NCBI GenBank assembly: GCA_964343575.1
Contig: CAYFJV010000003.1
Span: 1-34,939 of the forward strand
DNA from: an uncultured Methanosarcinales archaeon
Lineage (GTDB): Archaea > Nanobdellota > Nanobdellia > Woesearchaeales > GW2011-AR9
Length of the DNA stretch: 34,939 nt
Reading direction: 5' to 3'
A model generated the notes under the pieces. The model was not told the origin of the DNA, made no database searches, and was given only the letters and a program-made list of their open reading frames with translations. Made by a program: the position numbers and the translations under genes. Shown in pieces: positions 1 to 8,257 of this stretch (positions are counted from its first letter, which is position 1; every line of letters begins with the position of its first letter).

Positions 1-1
1 T

Positions 2-175
2 ATCAATGTTGATGAACAGAGAAATGCCCAGAGAGTAGCTTTCTTGTTCCAGATTAAAGATTTCTTCACTGGTGGTAATGAATTTGAACAATTTTTAGAT
101 GTTCTTAGAATAAGACAGGCAACAGGAAACAGAAGAACCGAATTACTCAATAGTTACAATGAGGTGTATGGATAA
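2..175 (+). CDS. C-terminal fragment of a gene running in from the window edge, probably the tail tape measure protein
   Basis: Open frame INVDEQRNAQ...NEVYG* with TAA at 173-175 overlapping the next ATG (TAATG). Lies upstream of distal-tail genes and is in frame with the TMP N-terminus at the window end if the ends are joined. Confidence 0.6.
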   Translation: MNVDEQRNAQRVAFLFQIKDFFTGGNEFEQFLDVLRIRQATGNRRTELLNSYNEVYG

Positions 176-768
176 TGGCACAAAAAAAAGGATGTATTCC
201 ATGGAACAAGGGAAAGAAATTAACTAAAAAACATCGCAAAAACCTTTCAGAATCACATAAGGGGCAAATTCCATGGAACAAAGGAACTAAAAAACCAAAA
301 ATGAAGAAAGGACCTGCACGTTATTGGTTGGGTAAGAAAAGAAGCAAGGAAGATAAGCAAAAAATGTCCTTAGGAAAACTAGGAAAAACTTATCCCAAAA
401 TGTCAGAGTGGAAAAAAGGGAGAAAAGTATCATCTGAGACAAGAAAAAAGATGAGCAAGGCTGCATTAAAACACATGAAAAATGTTGGCAGGAGCTATTT
501 GACACCGAATATAGGAAAATTTGAAGAGAGAATCCTTGATAATCTTGAGCTAAGTATTGGTTATCAAATATTGAGACAACATAAAATCAGCAGTTTTTTT
601 GTTGATGGGTATTGTAAGGAATTAAATCTGGTGATAGAAGTTAATGAATTGTATCACCACAATAAACAGAAACCATATGGTATGAGAAGAGAAAAAGAGA
701 TTAAAGGGATCGTTAATGCCCAGTTTTTACATATTGATATTCCTACGGAGTTGATAAAAAATGGCTAA
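175..768 (+). CDS. Free-standing homing endonuclease: NUMOD3 repeats plus Vsr/DUF559-like nuclease domain
   Basis: Repeated PWNKG..H/S.E.R.K.S motifs (NUMOD3-type). C-terminal VDGYCKELNLVIEVNELYHH resembles the Vsr/DUF559 core. Confidence 0.8.
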   Translation: MAQKKGCIPWNKGKKLTKKHRKNLSESHKGQIPWNKGTKKPKMKKGPARYWLGKKRSKEDKQKMSLGKLGKTYPKMSEWKKGRKVSSETRKKMSKAALKHMKNVGRSYLTPNIGKFEERILDNLELSIGYQILRQHKISSFFVDGYCKELNLVIEVNELYHHNKQKPYGMRREKEIKGIVNAQFLHIDIPTELIKNG

Positions 769-1525
769 TATGTCTATTTCAAATTATACTGGCACGGCAG
801 ACACGTTCACATGGCCACATAATCCGAATACTTATGACGACACCTTTGATAGCAACCACACAGTTACGAAGATAGGATATCAAAGGCATCACATTGTAGT
901 TTCAGGGGGAGGAGTTGATCCAAAAACTACAATCCTTACTGGCCACATGGACGGTACAGATAGATTTACAGATTTTAGAAGTATGGCTAAACATTTTCAG
1001 GAAACAACTAAACTGAAAAAGTTATACTTCGAAAGTGATAAATTTATGGTTGGAGTCGGAAGACAGGTTAAAAAAACCCACACGGGAGGCAGAACCAACT
1101 TTATTGATTATGTTGCAACATTCGAATCTATTCTGGGAATTCTTCTCGGAAATACTGAAAAAACATCTGGAACCAACGATGGAGATGTTACAACATTCGT
1201 AACAGAAGTTACAGGAACAGTGACAAGCGGAGCCTCTGATATCACTATCACAGATAACTTAGGAAATCAAATAACCATTCCTGCCGCTAGTTTAAGCACC
1301 AGCGACACATTTACCTACAAACTTATTGAAATGGTTGATAGTGGATCAGGAATATTTGTTGGTGAGTTCCAATATGTAGAGATCAACGGGACTCAAATAA
1401 AAACTGTTCAGACTACAGATGGATTTGGTATACCTCAAATTGCAGCAGGCGCTAATGTTTCTACAATCACAACAGCTAATTTAACAGGTGCAACAGTTAA
1501 ATTCAGGGACGGTTGGTCCCAATGA
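761..1525 (+). CDS. Distal tail (Dit-like) virion protein
   Basis: Thr/Gly-rich beta protein, GAG RBS, first structural gene after the TMP and before a hub-like gene. Confidence 0.55.
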   Translation: MANMSISNYTGTADTFTWPHNPNTYDDTFDSNHTVTKIGYQRHHIVVSGGGVDPKTTILTGHMDGTDRFTDFRSMAKHFQETTKLKKLYFESDKFMVGVGRQVKKTHTGGRTNFIDYVATFESILGILLGNTEKTSGTNDGDVTTFVTEVTGTVTSGASDITITDNLGNQITIPAASLSTSDTFTYKLIEMVDSGSGIFVGEFQYVEINGTQIKTVQTTDGFGIPQIAAGANVSTITTANLTGATVKFRDGWSQ

Positions 1526-3537
1526 GTGAGTTTATTGTTGATTCCACAAACCTCTCTGGAGATAAGGGCACTCTCCTTGGAATAGATTTTCAGTATGTTA
1601 TAAAATTGGGCGGGATGAATGATGCGGAGCTCAAGATTCCCGGGACAGGATCAATAAAAAGAACATTAATTGAAGAAGGATCTCAAATAGACATTACAAG
1701 AGATGGGACGCTTGAATTCAAGGGTCTTGTTACGCAAGTAGATTTTTTAGATGGCGGTGCGATGAGCGTTCAAGTCAAGGGTTTTGAAGTAAGATTAGCA
1801 GATGAAAAAGGAACTTTTGCAAACAGCCCATGGACTAGTACAGCATCAGCTACAATATTCTCTGATATAATGGGAGATAGCACTCATTTTTCTGCTGGAA
1901 CAGTAGATGCAGGTGCAACAATAGATTTTAGGGCTGCCCAGAGTAGCAGTATCTGGAACGCAATAACTAACTTGGCAAGAAAAACGTCTCAGGATATAGT
2001 TGTAGATTATGTTAATTCAGAAATAGATTTATTGGATGATGCAGGAAGTACATCATCAGTAGCCACATTAAATGACGGTCTACAAATATCTAATCTTAGA
2101 TTCATGAAGGTCAGACCGGCGGGCAACAACATAAAAGTCTATGGTAAGGGAGACGGAGACGATCAGATAACCGGAAGTGATAGTGATGCAACAAGCATAA
2201 CGAAATATGGCACAATAACAAGAGAAGTTTATGATAGTTCTGTTATGACAACTGCAGAGGCTGGCCAATTGGCAACTGCAGAATTAGCCTTAACAAAAGA
2301 CCCTACAAAAATATACAACTTCAGCGTAACAAATCCGAATCTCTCATTAAATATTGGAGATGTTTTAACATTAAACTCTCCCGATAAAGATTTAGCAAAT
2401 GAATCCGTTAGAGCCGTAGGCATTGTAAGAGGCGAGAGATCGGGCGTGGAATTTTTAGATTTAGAGGTGGCAAATTCAGCTTATAGAAAAGTCTTAAAAA
2501 CAAGAGATGAAATTCTAGCCGAAATTCAAAAAAATGCTAGAGACTCAAATACTTACATGCAAGGAGGACCCAACACTTCAGAATGGGGGTCAGGATTAAA
2601 TGCTAAAACAGGACAATCCCTAAAAGTAGGTTTCCAAGTTAGTTCTTCATTAGTTCAAGATGAGGCAGGAGATCTCAGAGTTTCAACCTTGACGTGCGAT
2701 TATGATATAGATCCATTCAATAAACAAGTAGGCACTGCTAGTTATGACGGATCAGATCCACATGTTCAGAATGAGAGTGGATATATTAAGCCCGAGGTCG
2801 CAGGAACATCATCATCTACCGCCCCATTTGTAAGTGAAGGCCACTCTCTTTCAACAGATACATTAAGTGTGGGCAATAACAATAATTTACATACTATATC
2901 TGGGATTACAGGAGATTATGAATATCTTGTGATAGAGTATTCCGTAACTCCTAATTTTACGCTATCAGGTAATGCCTTTATTAAAGTAGGATTCGATGGG
3001 CCCGGTGCTGCAGCAACAAGAGGAAGAACACACTACATCAACTCTTCAACTGACCCCATAGAAGACTGTATTTGGATGCCAGTTCATGCCTCACTTTATA
3101 ACGCTTCCGTTTCAATCGATGTCTATACAGATCAGGCAGGTTCATATGATACAGAATTTACGATCTATGGCTTTGACATTACTCACGCACATGGAGATGG
3201 AAATTATGCGGCAGCAAGTCATGGTCACCCAGACGGAAGTTATGACATAAACGCCACTGATATAGATAACATTAGCATAGGGGATAACATAAGTGAGGCA
3301 GGTGCAGTCAACGCAACATCAGTTAATCTTTATGTTGATTATTGGAATGGTGCATCTTGGGTTAACAAACATAGCGTACTTGCCACAGGGAAAACATTGG
3401 ACACGGATGTAGATATTAGCAATGGTGGAACACTCCCAGATGCTACAGGTTATTGGAGGTTGAGAGTTGAGCCGATAACAGGCACCCCAGACTTTGCTCA
3501 GGCAATAGTAAAATTAAAATATGCATTAGACTCATAG
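1522..3537 (+). CDS. Baseplate hub / tail tip protein with C-terminal extension
   Basis: ATGA overlap at 1522. Hub-like motifs (FKGLVTQVD, NNIKVYGKG, SITKYG...TTAEAGQLATAEL, IGDVLTL) followed by a coiled coil and a beta-rich C-terminus. Confidence 0.65.
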   Translation: MSEFIVDSTNLSGDKGTLLGIDFQYVIKLGGMNDAELKIPGTGSIKRTLIEEGSQIDITRDGTLEFKGLVTQVDFLDGGAMSVQVKGFEVRLADEKGTFANSPWTSTASATIFSDIMGDSTHFSAGTVDAGATIDFRAAQSSSIWNAITNLARKTSQDIVVDYVNSEIDLLDDAGSTSSVATLNDGLQISNLRFMKVRPAGNNIKVYGKGDGDDQITGSDSDATSITKYGTITREVYDSSVMTTAEAGQLATAELALTKDPTKIYNFSVTNPNLSLNIGDVLTLNSPDKDLANESVRAVGIVRGERSGVEFLDLEVANSAYRKVLKTRDEILAEIQKNARDSNTYMQGGPNTSEWGSGLNAKTGQSLKVGFQVSSSLVQDEAGDLRVSTLTCDYDIDPFNKQVGTASYDGSDPHVQNESGYIKPEVAGTSSSTAPFVSEGHSLSTDTLSVGNNNNLHTISGITGDYEYLVIEYSVTPNFTLSGNAFIKVGFDGPGAAATRGRTHYINSSTDPIEDCIWMPVHASLYNASVSIDVYTDQAGSYDTEFTIYGFDITHAHGDGNYAAASHGHPDGSYDINATDIDNISIGDNISEAGAVNATSVNLYVDYWNGASWVNKHSVLATGKTLDTDVDISNGGTLPDATGYWRLRVEPITGTPDFAQAIVKLKYALDS

Positions 3538-3548
3538 GAGGTTTAACA

Positions 3549-3878
3549 ATGAATTTAAAGACTTATGCGGACGGAAGTTTTGACATAGAAATCAAGAGTG
3601 TTGTAAAAAAATCAGGTTTATTGAGAGTTAGAACGAGATGTCCCTACGGAGAAGATGATTTAGGATTAGGTCTTCACACGGAATATTTAGATGTTGATGG
3701 TATTCCAAAATGGAGAAAAGAAGTCAAAAAGCTCATAGAAAAAAAGTATGGAAGACACATAGGAAACAATCAGACTGATTCTCGAGAAGTAGAGGTTTTT
3801 TCAGATCATAAAGGTATAATCAAAAGCGATGATTTGGAAAAGACCAACAAATTACCAAAAAAGAGGGCGGTGAAATAG
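3549..3878 (+). CDS. Hypothetical protein
   Basis: GGAGG RBS, 109-aa ORF in the operon. Confidence 0.7.
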   Translation: MNLKTYADGSFDIEIKSVVKKSGLLRVRTRCPYGEDDLGLGLHTEYLDVDGIPKWRKEVKKLIEKKYGRHIGNNQTDSREVEVFSDHKGIIKSDDLEKTNKLPKKRAVK

Positions 3879-4172
3879 ATGGAAATACCATTGAGTTTAG
3901 ATTTCTTCAAGGATTTAGTGATATTCATAGGAGTTCCAATAGTTAGATCCGTTGGAGGATGGGCTAAAAAGGCTCTTGTAGACAATAGAGTGACAAGATT
4001 CGAAAGAAGGCAGTTGTATCAAACAATCATAAGCGTAGGTTTAACCTCATTTTTTACTTACGTAGGTTTAAGTAAATTAGGCGTTCCAATAGACGCATTA
4101 GGAGCCTCAGCAATAGGTTTTATTCTTGATAGGTTGTTTGGGTCACTCAAAGATACAAAGCCCGTCAGATAG
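3879..4172 (+). CDS. Holin-like membrane protein
   Basis: 97 aa with 2-3 hydrophobic segments and a basic C-terminus, located after the tail genes. Confidence 0.5.
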   Translation: MEIPLSLDFFKDLVIFIGVPIVRSVGGWAKKALVDNRVTRFERRQLYQTIISVGLTSFFTYVGLSKLGVPIDALGASAIGFILDRLFGSLKDTKPVR

Positions 4173-4217
4173 GCTTATTTTAAGTCTGAGAAGTATTGTA
4201 GTAGAGAGGACTAAACA

Positions 4218-4544
4218 TTGAAAAGAAAAACACACAGATCAGAATTGCAGAGGTTATTTCTCAGACCCTCAAAATTAGGTCTTGAGGGCAGATTCATTCT
4301 AGCCAAAGAACCGCGATTCATGGATGGAAGAAGTATCATAGCCGAGCCAGATTTAATGGCGATTATGGGCGATACTGTTACATTGGTAGAGTATAAGCTG
4401 CACGATTCTCACATGGCGAGAGTAAGAGCAGAAGAACAGCTAGAAAAGGCTCAAGATTACCTCGTTAGATTTGGATTCAGATATGATAAAGTAAGAAAAA
4501 TATACATTCCCGGAGATGGCTATAAAAAGAAGTTGAGGGTTTAA
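4218..4544 (+). CDS. Small PD-(D/E)XK nuclease
   Basis: EPDLMA...TLVEYK...EQL..AQDYL motif, GAGG RBS, TTG start. Confidence 0.7.
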   Translation: MKRKTHRSELQRLFLRPSKLGLEGRFILAKEPRFMDGRSIIAEPDLMAIMGDTVTLVEYKLHDSHMARVRAEEQLEKAQDYLVRFGFRYDKVRKIYIPGDGYKKKLRV

Positions 4545-4627
4545 TTAGCGATGTTGGACACCTTCCGTTCATTTTGTTATCGAGATCATTAGTACCACCT
4601 GATCCCTGTAGGAACATCGCCTGCCCC
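4525..4627 (-). ncRNA. Candidate structured small RNA
   Basis: TTTATATA at 4656-4649 on the minus strand. 8-bp closing stem GCGATGTT/AACATCGC (4548-4555 and 4613-4620), internal GGGATCA/TGATCTC hairpin, downstream T-tract. GC-richer than the flanks and no ORF. Confidence 0.4.
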
Positions 4628-4729
4628 AATTTTATCCCTAGTTTGTAATATATAAATTTAACTCTATGTTTAAGAACAACATTTAAATATGACCTAAATC
4701 AGTGTTATATTCAGAAATTATATATCAAG

Positions 4730-4758
4730 AAAAAAAGTAACCCCAATTAAGGGGCTGC
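4730..4758 (-). terminator. Hairpin plus T7 tract
   Basis: Minus strand reads GCAGCCCC-TTAATT-GGGGTTAC-TTTTTTT. Confidence 0.5.
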
Positions 4759-4777
4759 TAGAAGAAAACAAACACCC

Positions 4778-4815
4778 ATAGTTAAGGGAAGCACTTAACT
4801 ATATAAATGTTTTCT
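4778..4815 (-). promoter_or_regulatory. Archaeal-type TATA box with adjacent inverted repeat
   Basis: Minus strand GAAAAACATTTATATAG, and ATAGTTAAG-N7-CTTAACTAT at 4778-4802. Confidence 0.5.
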
Positions 4816-4954
4816 TTTGGCTAGATTGGAGAGTGAGAGTAAGAATCAGAAAATAGATATAAAATAGTATCTTACGCTTTATACTCACTAAATTCAAAGC
4901 TTTTTTTCTCGGAATATAATATTGAAATATAACAAAAATTCAGAGGTAAGAACA

Positions 4955-5302
4955 ATGGAATCAAACATAAAAAGAAGAACTTCCAATAGGAAAACCTATG
5001 CCATTTACTTGGATGAGGATTCAATAACATACTTGCAACTAGCAGGTTATTTGAATAAGCAGAGAAGAAAAATCAAAGATCGGAATCTGAGCGGGTTAAT
5101 ATGTCATGCAACAAAAGCATATCTGAAGCCGGTTATAAATACAGGTTCTCCAGAGAGGTCAGTTGAAATCTCACTAGCCTTAGAGAGAATAAGGAATCTT
5201 CAGGCATCAATAGATAACAACGCAAATCAGTTAAAACTTGAAACTATAAAACTGAGAGATTTAAGGGAATCTGAGGCTATCAAGAACATTGTGGCGGTTT
5301 AA
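4955..5302 (+). CDS. Putative ribbon-helix-helix regulator with C-terminal coiled coil
   Basis: GAGGT RBS before ATG 4955 (the track starts at TTG 4922). KTYAIYLDED...NLSGLICHATKAYL fits the RHH pattern. Confidence 0.5.
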   Translation: MESNIKRRTSNRKTYAIYLDEDSITYLQLAGYLNKQRRKIKDRNLSGLICHATKAYLKPVINTGSPERSVEISLALERIRNLQASIDNNANQLKLETIKLRDLRESEAIKNIVAV

Positions 5303-5303
5303 A

Positions 5304-5407
5304 GTGTATACATTGTATGCACTGTATGCACAGAATAAGACTCAGTACCTATGGATATCCAAGGATATCTAGGGGTATTCAATAGCTATAAATAGCTACT
5401 TTTGAGT
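5304..5407. repeat. Array of short palindromic units with 9-10 bp period
   Basis: GTGTATACAT/TGTATGCAC/TGTATGCAC; GGATATCC/GGATATCT/GGGTATTC; AATAGCTATA/AATAGCTACT. Confidence 0.7.
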
Positions 5408-5427
5408 GAAACTAGGAAAACAGAAGC

Positions 5428-5485
5428 TTTAAATACTACTTAGTATAAATATATACTAACAAAAACCACGAGGTAAAAACCATGA
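5428..5485 (+). promoter_or_regulatory. 58-bp promoter-operator-RBS cassette, copy 1
   Basis: TTTAAATA TATA box, palindrome TTAGTATA-AATA-TATACTAA, GAGGT RBS and ATG. Identical to 7566-7623. Confidence 0.85.
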
Positions 5486-5643
5486 AAACAAACCACGAAG
5501 AAAATCAAGCGTTTCTCAACCTTATGAGCAAATGCATTCTAGAGACACAGCTTCAAGACTGCCCAGAGCAGGATGGGGAAAGAGTCCACTACGGATTGAA
5601 CGGCCAAGTTGATCTTTCAAGAGATTTAAGGAGAGTGAACTAA
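5482..5643 (+). CDS. Small hypothetical protein (53 aa, MKTNHEENQAF...)
   Basis: ATG lies inside the duplicated cassette with GAGGT RBS. Below the ORF-track cutoff. Confidence 0.7.
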   Translation: MKTNHEENQAFLNLMSKCILETQLQDCPEQDGERVHYGLNGQVDLSRDLRRVN

Positions 5644-5790
5644 GTGGAAGAAAACAAAAGATTTCTTTTAGAGATCCAACCTAAAACTGAAAGAGAAAAA
5701 AACCTCAAGATTGCTATGGCTGAAATATATGTCAGTAGTCCTTTTTTGACAGATGCAAGAAAGAAAGAATTGTTGAAGGAGTTGGCTTAA
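5644..5790 (+). CDS. Small hypothetical protein (48 aa)
   Basis: GTG directly after the upstream TAA, GGAG RBS, helical charged sequence. Confidence 0.55.
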   Translation: MEENKRFLLEIQPKTEREKNLKIAMAEIYVSSPFLTDARKKELLKELA

Positions 5791-5791
5791 A

Positions 5792-5935
5792 ATGGATCTA
5801 ACATGGACTTTAAATTTCGGAGACGCAAGATCTTTCTTTAACGGAGTGATCTTAACTGCAGTTGCAGGATACATGGCGTTCTGCTTTTTTGTAAGACATG
5901 CTAAAATTACTGGTGATAACGATGAAGAAGGTTGA
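5792..5935 (+). CDS. Small single-pass membrane protein (47 aa)
   Basis: GGAG RBS, hydrophobic FFNGVILTAVAGYMAFCFFV. Confidence 0.6.
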   Translation: MDLTWTLNFGDARSFFNGVILTAVAGYMAFCFFVRHAKITGDNDEEG

Positions 5936-6077
5936 AATAGATTGCTGGGAAGTAGAAGTAAAACTTCTAGTTAGAAAAGAACATTGCACAAAAAAAGAAC
6001 TGAAGGATGATGTTATGTATCATATAACATCTATAAGTCCACAAATTGAGTCAGATATAGTGGTGGATGTTAAATGA
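5922..6077 (+). CDS. Small hypothetical protein (51 aa, MKKVEIDCWEV...)
   Basis: GGTGA RBS, overlaps both neighbours. Confidence 0.55.
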   Translation: MKKVEIDCWEVEVKLLVRKEHCTKKELKDDVMYHITSISPQIESDIVVDVK

Positions 6078-6192
6078 GTATAATCCATAAGAAATGTGGA
6101 AGTAACATTGTTGGAGAACTGGATGGGAAGTTGTTAATGAAGAAAACTCACCAATACTTTCAACAAGACTGAAGAGAGAAAATGAAAAAAAC

Positions 6193-6504
6193 GTGCATAA
6201 TAGGACCAAAACAATCTGCATAAGCGTCTGGCCATCAGGAGCGATAAACATCGTAGGTTTAAGATCATTACAAGAAGGAAAAAAAGTTTATGGGATCGTA
6301 GTCGATGAACTGAAGAGGATAAAGGTGTCCAAAGCCTCAATGGAATTGAGAGCCATAGAGGTGGGTAAAACAGACGCTCATGCAGGCCATTATTCAATGC
6401 TGAAACCGAGAATTAAAGAGTTGCTAGCTAATTACGGAGCAACAGAAGAAGAAATAGATCAAGTTTACAACCATATTTTAAACGATGTAATATCTGAAAA
6501 ATAA
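6193..6504 (+). CDS. Hypothetical protein, start uncertain
   Basis: 103-aa ORF from GTG. The frame stays open for roughly 90 nt further upstream. Confidence 0.6.
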   Translation: MHNRTKTICISVWPSGAINIVGLRSLQEGKKVYGIVVDELKRIKVSKASMELRAIEVGKTDAHAGHYSMLKPRIKELLANYGATEEEIDQVYNHILNDVISEK

Positions 6505-6519
6505 AAGGAGCGTGGTGAG

Positions 6520-7560
6520 ATGGCAAACAAAAAAACTTGGAAATATCAATACGAATGTTCAAAATGTGAAAAAGTATTCTCTACTCAAAAATACTTCCAA
6601 CATAAGCCTATATGCCCTGATTGTGATACTGTTGATGATCTGCTGGAAAGATGCAAAATAGACGATAAAAAAGGAGAGAAAGTTAAGTCTAAAATTCCAG
6701 ATCAAAAAGGGATATTCCAAGAGTTAATGCCTAAGCCGAAGATGGAGTGCACCGTTTCTCTTTTTAGAATTGATGCAGAAGTCCTTAACTATTTTATTTA
6801 TCCAGAAAACAGAAGAAAGATTTATCCTTCTCAATTAAAACAATTAGTGAGAATACTAGAATCCGGAAAACACTTTGAAGTCCCAATAGTAGTGAATCAA
6901 AGGGAAGGCTATAACAGGGTTTTAGATGGGAACCATAGATTAGAGTCAATCAAAGAGATGGTTAAAAAGTACCCCAAGTTTTCAATTCCGGTTCAACTAG
7001 TGGTTTACAGAGATCTTACAGAAGAACAAGAAATCTCAATCTTTAGAACATGGAATTTAGGAAAAATCCAATCTGTCGACGATTTCATCCAAAGCATCGC
7101 ACATAAAATTGATTTTATCAGATGGCTTAAAGATGACTTTCCGATAGATGTAACAGTTTACAGAACAGCCAAGAGCGTTCCTGTTAGGATGCTATGCTCA
7201 GCTTTAATCTCAGCTAAGAAAAAAGATCAATCAGGGAGAGGAATTAGAAGAGAGCATTTTGAAGATAATCTGAATTCTCTGACTAGAGAGGATTTCAATT
7301 TTCTTAAACTATGGGTTGGTTGTTTTATTGATGTATTTGGAAAACCATCAGCTAAAAATAAATATTGGAGAAAACAGTTTTTTAGTCCGGCCACTTATGT
7401 AGCATATCAATATCGTAACAAAGACGAAATACCGGCCCTTATGATGCAAGAACTTCTAGGAAATGAGGATGTCTTAGAACATACAGAGTTAAGCGGTGCA
7501 AAGGCACACGAGCTCATAGTGGGCAAAATATACGATAAATTACGCCTTAAACCTAGATAG
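6520..7560 (+). CDS. ParB/Srx-superfamily (DGxHR) protein with N-terminal zinc ribbon
   Basis: CSKC...CPDC, then PIVVN...RVLDGNHRLESI. Confidence 0.75.
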   Translation: MANKKTWKYQYECSKCEKVFSTQKYFQHKPICPDCDTVDDLLERCKIDDKKGEKVKSKIPDQKGIFQELMPKPKMECTVSLFRIDAEVLNYFIYPENRRKIYPSQLKQLVRILESGKHFEVPIVVNQREGYNRVLDGNHRLESIKEMVKKYPKFSIPVQLVVYRDLTEEQEISIFRTWNLGKIQSVDDFIQSIAHKIDFIRWLKDDFPIDVTVYRTAKSVPVRMLCSALISAKKKDQSGRGIRREHFEDNLNSLTREDFNFLKLWVGCFIDVFGKPSAKNKYWRKQFFSPATYVAYQYRNKDEIPALMMQELLGNEDVLEHTELSGAKAHELIVGKIYDKLRLKPR

Positions 7561-7565
7561 AAACA

Positions 7566-7623
7566 TTTAAATACTACTTAGTATAAATATATACTAACAA
7601 AAACCACGAGGTAAAAACCATGA
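7566..7623 (+). promoter_or_regulatory. 58-bp promoter-operator-RBS cassette, copy 2
   Basis: Exact direct repeat of 5428-5485. Confidence 0.85.
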
Positions 7624-8054
7624 CAGAAAAACCACAGAACATAACAGGATTGGTAGAGTCCGTTTCCGTAGCAAAACATGGAATAAAGATCTCCGAACAT
7701 GGCTGGTATAATGCAACTGGCAAAGCAAAAGAATATGTCAAGGCAAATCTAAAGAATTGCGTAGTAGACATTAAACTTACAGGAGAAGAAAATAAGTTTG
7801 ATTTTATTACAATTCTTCAAGAACCTATGAAATCTTCTAAGGCATCATCTCAAAGCGAACAACCAGAACTTGAAGGATACATAACCAGAGATGAAAGAAT
7901 CTCAAGACATGGAGCAATAAACACTGCAGTAGAGATTTATTCTAAACTCATAAAGGAACCCGGACAAACCTTAGAAGATCCAATGAAGGAACTGATCCCT
8001 CTTGCCAATAAGGTTCTAGATTATGTTAACGATGTTAACGGGAGCAAGAAGTAA
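7620..8054 (+). CDS. Putative OB-fold ssDNA-binding protein
   Basis: Beta-rich N-terminus (ITGLVESVS..GIKI..GWYN), linker, then helical ISRHGAINTAVEI motif typical of viral SSB-like proteins. Confidence 0.45.
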   Translation: MTEKPQNITGLVESVSVAKHGIKISEHGWYNATGKAKEYVKANLKNCVVDIKLTGEENKFDFITILQEPMKSSKASSQSEQPELEGYITRDERISRHGAINTAVEIYSKLIKEPGQTLEDPMKELIPLANKVLDYVNDVNGSKK

Positions 8055-8257
8055 TGGGCATTAAACATCTTGATCTAGTGGAGAATTTGTTAAAACGTTC
8101 AAAGCTAGGTCTAACTAAATCTCAAATAAGAAGTAGTCTTAACATAGATTTTGGAACACTTAATGAAGCCATAGATTACTTGATCAAGAATAAGAAAATA
8201 AAGAAAAATCCGAAGAAGATCGCTCAGGCAGAAACTTATCTTTGGATAGGAGAATGA
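8054..8257 (+). CDS. Winged-helix DNA-binding protein
   Basis: GLTKSQIRSSLNIDFGTLNEAIDYLIKNKKI HTH pattern. Confidence 0.7.
   Translation: MGIKHLDLVENLLKRSKLGLTKSQIRSSLNIDFGTLNEAIDYLIKNKKIKKNPKKIAQAETYLWIGE

Noticed and set aside
197..281. Nucleotide repeat ATTCCATGGAACAA near the start of the window
   Set aside because: It encodes the repeated IPWNK motif of the endonuclease and is not an independent DNA element.
4548..4627. Fluoride riboswitch, pistol or hammerhead ribozyme, or tRNA identity for the minus-strand RNA
   Set aside because: GGCGATG, CTAATGA and GATCAGGT words occur, but the required local stems, pseudoknots, catalytic core and T arm are absent.
4641..4680. GTTTG...ACAAC segment resembling a CRISPR repeat
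   Set aside because: Single copy with no repeat-spacer periodicity. The 58-bp repeats are 2.1 kb apart and promoter-like, so I found no CRISPR array.
6074..6200. Programmed frameshift extending the 6193 gene from ATG 6074 or 6182
   Set aside because: No properly phased slippery heptamer. A GTG start or a homopolymer indel explains it equally well.
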